Shown here one piece after another: positions 33,501 through 44,300 of a stretch of 64,000 bases of DNA. The stretch is taken from positions 299,226-363,225 of the forward strand of contig JAPMXV010000058.1 in NCBI GenBank assembly GCA_026936335.1, written 5' to 3'. Numbering within the stretch: position 1 is the stretch's first letter; each line of letters starts with the position of its first letter. The DNA is from Mantamonas sphyraenae STR306. Lineage: Eukaryota; Protista; CRuMs. A program made the position numbers and the translations under genes. Under the pieces are notes generated by a model that did no database searches, was not told the origin of the DNA, and worked only from the letters and a program-made list of their open reading frames with translations.

Positions 33501-36449
33501 TCAAAATTCAATGTCATCCTCATCGCTGTCATCGCTGCTGTCACTCAAATCATCCAAAGGATCGGCGGAGCCCGTGTCAGGTGGGGACGCGGCATTGTTG
33601 TTACCAGCGCCAAATTCAAAGGCGGCGGCATCGTCGTCGTCGTCGTCATCATCTGTGTCGTCGTCTGCTCCGCCAAAGGAGGACGCCGGAGGAGCAGCGG
33701 GCAATGGAGCCTCGGGCTTGGGTGCTTGGCGCGGCCCAAAGTTGCTGCTTCGGGCAGTTGTGGAGGAGGAGGAAGAAGCGGTGGAGGTGGTGGTGGTGGA
33801 CGAAGAGGAGGAGGAGGAGGAGGAGGAGGAGGAGGATGCAGACCCGATCTGGCTGAGGCCTGCAAAGCTGCCGCCAAGACCGACCGGCTCGCCGTTCTCC
33901 TTGTCGAGTTCCTGCTGGATCTTGTAGCGGATGGTGTCCCAGGAAATGTCACCGATGGAGGAGCGGACCTTGAGAAACTCATCTTGGGTCTCTTGGCGGT
34001 TGAAGCGCTTGAGATACTTTTCGCGGTAGGCGAGGACGGTGTCAACATGTGTGGTGTGCTTGACGGCGAGGCCGAGGGCACGCTCCCAGCGGTAGAGGCG
34101 GATGTTGAGGTCGATGGCGCGGTAGATGAGCTTGTTTTCGAGGAGGATGCTTTCGGCCTCCTTGACTTCGCCGCGATAGAGGGCGAGTTCTGCGTTGCGG
34201 CCTGCCTGGCTGGGTACCTTGCAGACGTGGCGGATGAATTCGAGGCGGTCGACCTCGTCGATGGCAGCAAAGGCGCTGGCGGCGGTCTCGAGCTCGTTGT
34301 TGGCAATGGCCATGGCAGCCAAGGAGGCCCAAAGGGCATTGTCTTTGACAAACCGGCAGAGGCGTACGCTCTGGGCCCACTCGTTGTGGGAGACGTGCTC
34401 GTAGAGCATGCTGGGATAAGGGCTGACAGTGGTTGTAACGAGGGCGCCGTTGGAGCGGCGGACGGTGCACTGGGTGCCGATGAAGCTGACAAATTGGCAG
34501 CTCTTGCCAAACTCTGCGGCGTCGTTGGAGACACGTGTGCTGGGAGCAAGGTCGCGGTCGATGTACAGGACGTTGGGGTAGTACCAGGTGACAAACTTGT
34601 GGTCCATGACGGCAGCGAGCATGTCTGTTTCGTCGTTCCAGATGACTGCGTCGACCATGGCGCCCATCTTGACGAGTTTGTGGTTGAAGACATGGGTCAT
34701 GAACATGTCCCGGTTTGTGTCGATGAGCACAAGCTTGCGCTGGTTGGAGGAGCCGCTCTGATTGAGGGCGACCTCTGCCACATCAGCGCCCTGGTGCTCG
34801 ATGGGAGCGCCCATGGGCTTGCCGTTGCTGGTGTCGTAGACGTTGACGCGCTTTGGCTTTTGCGGGTCGACGACGGCGAGGGTGTCGTTGCAGAGGGAGA
34901 TCTTGAGGGTGTTGAGAGTTTCTGTTGTGTAGGGGATCTTGCAGGTGCGGCGGCCATCGTAGGACCAAACGTCAATGCCAGCGTTGTGGACGACGGCAAA
35001 GCTGCCTGCGGACAGGACGATGGTGTTGACAGTGTTTGAGCTGTCCTCCATGACAGGGGAGTTCCAGTCACGGACGTTGTAGATGCAGAGCTGTGTGGCG
35101 GTGGCGACAATGAGATGGCCAAAGCCGAGGGCCATCTTGACAACACGATCGCGAAAATCATACTCTTCGACGTGGTCGGAAAGGATGTCCTGGACGCGGA
35201 TCTGATTGTGCTCATTGAGGGTGACTTCGATGTTGCGCCACTCGAGGCGTCGATCGACGATGTTTGCAAAGCAGACGGCGCCGTTGCCGCCAGCTGCGGC
35301 GAGCTGTGTGCCGTCGGAGGTCCAGCTGATGGCATAGAGGGAGCCCGAGTCTGTCTTTTGGTTGCTGTAGGTCCAGCCGGCCTTGTCGCAGAGGCGGAGC
35401 TGGTTGTAGGAGCCGACGGCAAAGAGCTCACCGTCTGGGGACCACTTGACGGAGGTGGGCACGTAGTCAAGGGGCGAGCTGGCAAAGAGCGGGCGTGCGT
35501 AGGCGTCCCAGACTCGGTAGATGCAGTCCTCGCCGGCAGAGACGATGAGATTGTTGACGGGGTTCCAGTCAACGGCAAGGACGGCGCCCTGGTGGGCCTT
35601 CCAGGAGGTCTGCTTGCTGCCGGCGTTGAGCGATTTAAGGGCGAGTTCGGAGCCGGATGTGTACACGATGCTCTGGCCGTCGGGAGCCCAGCAGAGGGCA
35701 AAGATGGGGTTGTTTGACTGGACGAGGGTGGAGCGGAGCATGGCCTTGCTGCTCCACTGCTTGATGGTGCCGTCTTCGCTTCCGGTAACGAGGCCGTCGC
35801 CATCGCGGTTCCAGTCGCAGCAGATGAGGGAGACGCCATTCTTTGTGGCATCGGTCTGTGCCTCGAGTCGACCGGTGCTGGAGAAGAAGAGGAGTTTGCC
35901 TGAAACGGGAAGGGAGGTTGTGTGGGTGTGTGAGCAGGGGAGATGGGTTGTTCGCGCGCCAAAAAAAACGCACGCACGCACCGTTGGCAGTGGTCACAGC
36001 AAAGCGGTCAGCGGCGGAGGAGGAGCCTCCACGTGCAGAAAAGGCGGCCGGGGCCCATTGCATGTCTGTGGCATAGGATTCGAGTTCGACCTTGAGCTGT
36101 TCGGGGTCGCCACTGAACGGGGCCGGGAAGCGCAGCGGGTCGGCGGATGTGAGCTGCAAGGAGGCTGAGGGCTGGCGGGTGCGGGCAGAGGTGTGGATGG
36201 GAGGGAGTGGATGGGAGTGGGAGGAGTGGGATCGGTGGTGGCACGTACTTCATGTTCCACTGCCATACGGTGAGGTCGTCCGAGGTGGAGAAGAGTTCGT
36301 TGGAAGAGTTCCAGCCAACGGAGACGACCACATCTTTGTCTGGAGGAATCGGGCGGGTGAGTGGGTGTGACAAACAGAAAGGTGGGGATATGGGTTGAAG
36401 GGAGAAGCATACGGTGATTTGATTCTGCTTGCTGGACTTGGAGGCGCAT
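33501..36449 (-). CDS. IFT80: Intraflagellar transport protein 80 (WD40, multi-exon)
   Basis: WKAHQGAVLAVDWN, SAGEDCIYRVWD, LRLCDKAGW, WERALGLAVKHTTHVDTVLAYR. Confidence 0.93.
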
Positions 36450-36476
36450 GGGGTGCGGTGAAGTTTGTTTGCGTGG

Positions 36477-38412
36477 TCACGGGCGCCGGGTGGAATGCTT
36501 GTTGTTGGAGGGGCGGCGAGAAGGTCGAGAGGAGCGTCGAGGGCCTGGAGGGCGTTGGGAGGAGCGGAAGGAGGAGGAGGAGGATGAGGAGGAGGATGAG
36601 GAGGAGCGAGAACGGGGGCGGTTGGATGAGGAGGAGGAGGATCGAGAGCGGGGGCGGTGGGTGGAGGAGGAAGATGGTGAGGAGGATGGGGAGAAGGAGC
36701 GGCGACGGGGGGGTCGAGGAGAGCGGTTGCGGGGAGATGGGGAGGAACGGGAATCGTTCTCGTTGCGCGGGGCGCGAGGACCATCGTTGTCTCGTGGGCG
36801 TGAGCGACGGCGGGGGCGGGACGAATGGGAAGAGGAGTGGGAAAAGTCGGAGGAGGACGGGGAGGATGAGCGGGGATGAGGCGGGCGGGATGAGCGGCGG
36901 TGACCGGGAGAAGAGTCACGGTCTGTGCGCGGCGTGCGAGGACCATTGTGGTCATCAAAGTCACGGCGTGGTCGGCGGGAGGAGGTATGCTTGTGGGAAG
37001 AGTCACGGTAGATGTTTGTAGGGCGGCGGTTGGGAGGGGCAGAGGGAGAGTCGCGGGGCGGATTGCGGCGGTAGTGGTCGTCGGGCCCAGTGAGGTGGAG
37101 GGCAAGGCCGTTGTTGAGGGCGTTTTGGATGTCGCGCTGGGTTCTACGGTCGGAGGGCTTGACGAGGGAGGAGACGAGGCCCGAGGCGCCTGCGCGGCCG
37201 GTGCGGCCTGCGCGGTGGAGAAAGTCGACCATGTCGCGGGGAAAGTCGTACATGACGACGTGGTCGACGTGTGTGGTATCGAGGCCGCGGGAGAGGATGT
37301 CTGTGGTGACGAGGATGTGGTTGTTGCCGCGCTGGTAGTCGTCCCAGATCTTGGAGCGTGCACGAGGCGGGATCTGGCCATGGATGCAGGTTGTGGCGAG
37401 GCCTGCGTCGGAGAGGGTGTGGTCAAGTGCACGTGCGCTGTCGACGGTGTTGCAAAAGATGATTGTCTTGCGGTGTGCGTTCTGGGCGAGGAGGGCGACA
37501 AGGCGCTGGTTCTTGTTGTCGTAGGTGACGGGTTGGAAATCAAAGCGGACGTCCGGGTTGAGATGGTGGGTGCCGGACACAAGGACCTGGTGGACGGGTT
37601 CGTGCAGTTCGAGGGTCCTGTGAACGCGCTTGAGCTCGTTGGGGGCGGTGGCACTGGTCATGACGAGGCGGAGGTCGTTGCGGGCAAACATGGGCGCACA
37701 GAGGAGCTTGAGGTCGTCGAGGAACCCCTGGCCGAGCATAGTGTCAGCCTCGTCGATGATGAGATGCTGGACGGAGCCGAGGAGAAGGTTCTTGGCGTCG
37801 CGATGCTGCAGAAGGCGACCAACAGTGCCGATGACGACATCATTGGTCATGGCAAGGCTCTTGCGTTGGACACGGCGGTTGTCACCGCCAAGGGCCTTTG
37901 TGCCGGAGATCTTTGCGTGGTGGCAGAGGGTTTTGAGAACGGACTGCGGGACAGGGGTCAGTGATGGGATACGGGTAGTATGGGTGGGGGATTCGGGATG
38001 GCGGGGGTGGACGTACGGCAACTTGGGAACCCAGCTCGCGGTTGGGCACAATGACGAGGGCGCGGGGTCGCTTGTGTTGGGAGCCCATCTGGCCTGGCAA
38101 AAGTCCGCGGTGTTTCTCGTCGAGCTTGAGGAGGTGGACAAGGGGAGCGAGGTAGGCGAGGGTCTTGCCCGAACCCGTGGGTGCAGTGAAGGAGAGGCTG
38201 CTGGTCGGATGGGCCAGCTGCCAGGGGATGACCTGAGCCTGGACAGGGGTAGGCTGGGTGGCATTGAGCTCCTCGAGGGCGTCTGCAATGGGCTGGGGCA
38301 GGCCGAGGGTGCGCATGGCAGAGGACATGGGGCGGGAAGAGTGCGAGATGAGGGTGTGGCGGCTAGCAACGGCGGCGGACGACGTGGCTGAACGGCGGCA
38401 TCTTGAAAACAT
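36477..38412 (-). CDS. DEAD-box RNA helicase (DDX28/RH39-like, probably organellar; 1 intron)
   Basis: PTPVQ, APTGSGKT, VPNREL, DEAD, SAT, SRGLD, HRAGRTGRAG; R/S-rich tail. Confidence 0.9.
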
Positions 38413-38576
38413 GATGGGAGCGCCAGCGGGGCCAGGAAAAAGCGAAGAAGGTGAGGAATTGCTGGTGGAGTAGATGGGTGGAGAGTGTGGATACGGAGTT
38501 GTTGTGTTGAGCGTGGGTGGTGAGTAGGGGCAAAGAGGATGAGCTGGTGTCCGCCGTGGTGGCTTTGAAGGAGGTT

Positions 38577-38675
38577 GCAGATGATGAATGATTGTGATGA
38601 CGAATCTGAGGGTGAAGGTTAGAGAGCACCCGTCGTGATTAATTCACATTAATGGCTACATGAGATTGCTGATGC
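38577..38675 (+). ncRNA. Candidate C/D-box snoRNA
   Basis: GCA-g-ATGATGA (box C) ... CTGA-TGC (box D plus terminal stem), internal CTGA, and hairpins GGGTG/CACCC and GTGA/TCAC, in an AT-richer intergenic patch. Confidence 0.3.
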
Positions 38676-39008
38676 GTTTCCGCACGGCGGCGGACACCGG
38701 CATCCATAAGTGTGGGGAGACCGGGAAGGAGGTGTGCGGGCTGCGGGAAGTGAGGTGGACAGCTGCATGCAAAGAGGGTACGTGAAGGCTCACTCTTGAG
38801 TTTTTTGGCCGCGTACAGACAAGGATGGCAAGCGGACGGGTTGTCTTTGAGGCCATAGTGAGCGCCGGTTGAACTGGAATCGTTTGCTGAGGGTCATTTG
38901 ATTTGAGCAGGGCCAGCAGGTCCTAGGCACGCGGGAAAGTGTGCATGTGCGGTGGAGGGAATTGGGAGTGATCCCTCTCCCCAGGGTTTGGTGCAAGGGA
39001 AGGAGGAC

Positions 39009-41335
39009 ATGGCAAGGAAGAAGCTGAGGAATGGCGGAGACGGGGACGTCCTGGGAGGTGAGTGGTGGTGTGTGGTGGATAGTGTGTGGTGTGTGTGTGT
39101 GGGGGGGGCGGGGCGTGAGAGGAACGTGGCTGAGATGATGATTGTCGAAGGCATTTGTCTGATGTGCGCCGTGTTCGGTTGTCGAACACGGTTTTAGCCC
39201 TTGACGAGAATCGACAGCTACCAAAACACTGGCTGATCAGCACTGTTCCGTGTGGGGGCGGGAAGGGAAAGGAGGTTGGGGGGTTGATCAGGGTGTGGAG
39301 CCAGCTGACAGTATTCTGTTCTGCTCTAGGATGCACAGATAGATGTGTGGAGTACGGATGGAGAATGGAGGGTGAGGAGTGGGGAGTGGAGAGGTGGGAA
39401 TGGGGACTTGAATGGAAAGTTTGAGTCGAACGAGTCGGAATCATCGTTGTCGCGCGTGTCTTGGTGGACAGGGAAGGCGAGGGTGAGAGGGAAGAGGAGC
39501 CTTGCGGGAGTAGAGGCCGAGGAGGAAGTGGAGGCAGTGTTTTGTGGGAGGGCCACGCGTCGTGGGAGCCAACGAATTCGTTGTGGAGACAGAGGCATGG
39601 ACTCGTCAGCAGCCAAACAAGCGCGCGGGCGCGAACGGGTAGGTTTTTGTAACGGTGGCCAAGGCGTTCACCAGGGAACGGGAGCTGACATGGAGAGAGG
39701 TGTGTATGTTTGGGACACGTGGGATTGCGTGGCATTGGTGTGTGGGCACAGCTTCGGAGGCTGAGGGAAAAGCAGGCGCAGGAGAGCAAGGGGGAAGAGG
39801 CGACTGAGCAAAAGGCGGCTGCGCTGGGAATGCCCGAAACCCCGTCACGGGACGTGTCGTGGACAGCGACAGGGGAGGAGACGCCCCAGAGGATGGGAGC
39901 GAGCCCGGCAGCGAGGAGCATAGGGAGCGAAGCCGGAGTGGTGTCGCTGGCGTCGCTGGACGACTCGCTGGGAGACGCGGAAGAGGAAGCAGAAGCAGAA
40001 GAGAGCCAGACGGCAGCGGGGTTCGTGCAGAATGGACCGGTGAGGGTGGACGGAGGCAACGGGATGGGTATGAACACACAAAACACACTGGAGGGCCTGA
40101 AACTGAACTACGATTACACGACACCTGTGAAACGGGAAGAGCGGGAAGAGAAATCGTCGCAAGAAGAACAAGAGCGTGTGGCTGAGCTGCAGGCAACAGT
40201 GACGAGGCAGGCGGAAGAAATCGAGAGCATGCGGGGAAAGCTGGAGAAGGTGAACCGCGGGGCAAGCGCTGTGCGCGCTTCGGGAGGGGAGCTGCTGCGG
40301 AAGAACAAAGAGCTGCGCGGGCAGGTGGAGGAGCTGGAGCAGCGGCTGAGAGAGGTTCAAGAGGAGCACGGGGCCAAGGACAGGCTGTACAGCGAGGTGC
40401 AGCAGGCGTTGCACAAGCAGCGGCAGGAAAACGAACTGCTGCAGGCAAAGCTAAAGGCAAAGACGCTGAAGCAGCTCGGGGACGAGAAAGCGGGCCTGCT
40501 GTCGAAGTTGAGCGACCAGGAGAGGAGGATAGAGGGACTGGTGAAAGAAGTGGAGGATAGCAAGCACTTTCTGCAACAGGAGTCGAACAAGGTGCTGGAG
40601 CTGTACCAGAAACAGCGTGTGACGGAGGCGCTGGTGGCAGAACGCGAGGCAGAGGTGGAGGCGGCCAAACAGGACATCCGTGTGCTGCAGCAGAAGCTAG
40701 AGGCGGAAATGGCCATGGTGAACGGGTTTGGCAGGGAAAAGCAGACGTTGGTGGGCCAGATCCAGGAAAGCGGGGAGCGAATCGACGCTCTCCTGAAGGA
40801 GTCGCGCGAGTGGAGGCAGAAGTACGAGGCGGAGCAGCAGCAAAGAGTGATGCTGAACGAGCATCTGCGGCACATGGAGCGCATGCGCGACGGGCAGGTG
40901 GAGTTTATGCACGCGCAGCAAGTCAAAGTGGCGAGGCTGCAGAAACGACTGGAGGAGGCCGGTCTGGCAGTGGAGGACGAAGAAGAAGGAGACACGGGGG
41001 AGGACAAGGCGGGCGTGGACAAACAGAGCGAAGGAGAGGGAGATGGAGAGTCGCACGTAAGCGCGACGATCGATTGGGGCAAGGTGGCGGCGCACAAGCA
41101 AAACGGGCACCAGCACGTGGTGGATGTACAGGGTGGCGGAACGGATGGGCTGTCGTTGGGCATGGGTGCCCAACAGGAGGCGGCGGCGGAGGAGGAGGAT
41201 GGAGAGGAAAGTGGGGGAGGGGGCGGGCTCATGGGCTGGATCGGGTGGTTCTTTGGGATTGAAGAGGAAGAGGTGGAAGAAGTGGAGGTGGGTGGACTGC
41301 ACACAATGAGGCGGACACATGATACGATTGTATAG
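39009..41335 (+). CDS. Coiled-coil protein (multi-exon; 5' exons uncertain)
   Basis: Long heptad-rich ORF 39710-41335; upstream GT..AG introns; C-terminal MGWIGWFFG motif. Confidence 0.65.
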
Positions 41336-44300
41336 GTGTTTTCGTTTGAGTGACTCTTTTGTCTTGACCGGCGTGCGTGCCCTCACCCAACACAGAATGG
41401 TTGCCACCACACGCAGTCGTCGGCAGATCCATGGGAAGTACACAGCCGAACTGAGTCCCACGGAGTATGAGGCGGCCGTTCTGTACGAGAGGTACAGGCA
41501 CAGCGATCGCGTGGGATCGCCCCAAGTGCATCCGGATGCCTGGGCCTTCTTGTGCCACTTCACCAGCCACCGGCACCGCAGCCGAGTGGCCATTGCCTCT
41601 GAAGTCCATGCCCGTGTGGTGCTCAAGATCCTGAGGTACAGGCTAAGGGAGCCACGAAAACTGGACGACAACGAACAGCTGCCGCTTGCACAGGCCCTCT
41701 TTGCACTCGTTGCTGGCGTAGGTGTCCTTGACGTGAAGACCAAGGCCTTGTACATGTTTAAACAGCACTCAACCGTGATTCCAACAAAACCAATAGTTAT
41801 GGAGGCGTCCTACTCAGCTCCAGACGTGCGAGACAACCAGGAAGGGCCTGCGTTTGACCTGAAAAAGCTTGTGGAAAATGCAGCCAGCAATGGCAACCTG
41901 TGTCACGCCTCATGCAAATGGTGTCGACAGAGCACAGGAACCCCATCAGAGAACACACCGGAACTCGTCACAAACTACGTGCACACAGGGTACGACCTGA
42001 CGGGGGTAAGCCTGTTGCTGTTGGAGCAAGTGGAGAAGAAATTTGCCAACGACTTCAGTGTCCGCCCCGTGTTCCCCGTGCCTGGCAGCTTCAGCTCCGT
42101 AGCATTCAATGTTACGCGTCGCAAGGATCTTATCTCGCGCCCTGTACTCCGCATGGAAAACACCCTGTCCGAGAGGGAGCTGCATGACATGCGTGGTGGG
42201 GGCGCACGCAATCCGCTGGTCTCCGAGGACACGTCGGCAACGGAGGTGGGTGCCTCTGTAATGTATGTGCTGCACATCGAGAACCTTGTCATGTCCTGCA
42301 TGGCGCGTGTGCACACGACAGCAGAGTCAGCATCGTCGAGCTCATCGCTCCTCCAGCGTGCTGTGGAAGACGTGATGGCTGACGTACGTGACAAGGCGCG
42401 GCGTTGGAACCTGCGTGATGGGGATGTGACTGTGTTCCTGCGTGGTGAAACGCACACAACCATGTCCACGCTGGTCAACCAAACCAACCGCAGAGCGATC
42501 ATCTTCGAGGCCACGCTCGCGCACAAGCACAACGAGACCATGGAGCAGCTGCTGGATACCCTGAGTGCAGCGTGCGAACGCATGGGTTTCAACGTGGAAT
42601 GCTGCGCGAACCCCGTGTCAACCTGTTTGTCCAGGGCCTGCGCGCAAACAACCATCATCCAGAGTCCCCTCAGCGACGGATCTCTGATGCGAGAAGGCGT
42701 TTGGATCCAAGGCGAATCGGAACACACTATCACACGTGACAACCACATCCACAGGCTTGTGGTGGGGTTGTTGTGTGGTTGCTCAACACTTCCCATCACC
42801 CTTTCCACCGTAGGCAAGACGGGCAAGATGTTGGACTGTGTAAGGACGTGGCAATTGCGGGGCGAGCTCGTGGACGCGGAAAAGGCGGTGCGTCTTGCTG
42901 CAAGGTCGGATTCACGGGCAGCGGAAAAGCGGCAGCTCACCGATGAGGTCAACAGGGCGATAGCGGCTGTGGTGGACGACGCGACACTGGAAGAGCTGAA
43001 CGGAATGATGCGTACACCAGCAGTGGGCGCTTCTGTGGGCGCGAGCGACAACGACGATCACCACGACAATCATGAGGAGTCTCAGACACTCTTCGATGCA
43101 TGCCGTTTGATGCCAAGACGAGGGAGTGGTGTTGTGGCCGAGGCAATTTCGGTGGCGGGCGAAGGTTCAAGCGTTGGCGAGGCCATCAGCGCCATCGAGG
43201 AAGCTCTTCAGCAAGAGTGCAAGGAAAGAAAGCCACTGCCACCGGGGAGAACAAGCGTGTTTGTTCGGCGACGTGAGGTACACGGGCAGCGCTTGCGGCT
43301 ATTCGTGGCACGTGACTCCCTTGAGTCAGCGTCAATTCTGCGGGCCATGGGCACCCAGCACGTACGAGATGCAATGACGGAAGCAGGCTTGGATGACTAC
43401 GCCACGGCTGTGGACAAGATGGTGCAGGCAGAGAAGGGTTTGGTCCAGGCGGCGCGAACGGAGGCAAGCACAACCGCGTATGTAAGCAACAAGAAATGGG
43501 ACGCGTTTGTGGACGCCGTGCGCAAGGAGAACAGTGGAATGCCTGTGTCCAAGGCGAACAAGGTGGTGCCTGCGGCCACACTCCAGAAACTAAGGCGGGA
43601 GGCGCCGTCTTCACTGAAATCTCTCAGGATTCCCAAAGACACTACGTGCCTGCGAGTGACGAACGACGACAGTGGCAAGAAGAGCAACACTCGCCATGAT
43701 CCGAGGCCTAGTTTTGGTCCCGACTGGCCAGCAACGCACCAAGAACTCCTCTGCAAACTGCTGATGTGGGTTGGTGACGCCACCGTGACGCACACCGACA
43801 CTATCAGCCACATGACGACAAATTATACCCGCTCTCTTGGAGCAATTCACGAGACGAAGCCTGTTCCAATCCCTCCCAAGATCACTGCGGTGATAGACAA
43901 GTGGAACCATGCGGGGTACGAGGCGCAACGCACCCGAACGATGCTGGATTTGGAGGCCCTGGTTCCAAACCACAACATGGATGTCCAGGCGTGCGTGGAC
44001 TTCCCCGGCATGGTTGAGGCGATGCTTCTCACTCCGCTGCCCGAAGACGTGTGCGGCCGAGTGCAGATCACGGAGGCGCAGGCGGAAGGAAGCACACATT
44101 GGGAGACAACGGCGTTCAAGGCTGGAGCGAAGCGGTTTCAAGAAGACGCAAAGAGGATGCTGCCACACATTGTGTATGCGTTGAGGGAGTTTGCACGGAT
44201 CTACTTCACAGCGGCAGGCCTCGCGTCCACTCGCCGCGAGTGTGATAGGTTGTTTCTGGAGGTGACCAAATTCGAGATCAAGTCAGCACGGCGACACCTG

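Noticed and set aside
33243-35039. Long antisense/shadow ORFs (also 22499-24583, 51486-53246, 57312-58934, 47513-49084)
   Set aside because: They are mirror frames of real genes in GC-rich DNA and have no motifs.
38610-38626. Telomerase RNA template in the intergenic ncRNA candidate
   Set aside because: The reverse complement reads CTAACCTT, not the CTAACCCT needed for TTAGGG.
41327-41336. ATTGTATAGG as the left TIR of element B (9/10 match to the element A end)
   Set aside because: It overlaps host codons and lacks a preceding TA. The TATAG direct-repeat model restores the host stop more simply, but this alternative is not excluded.
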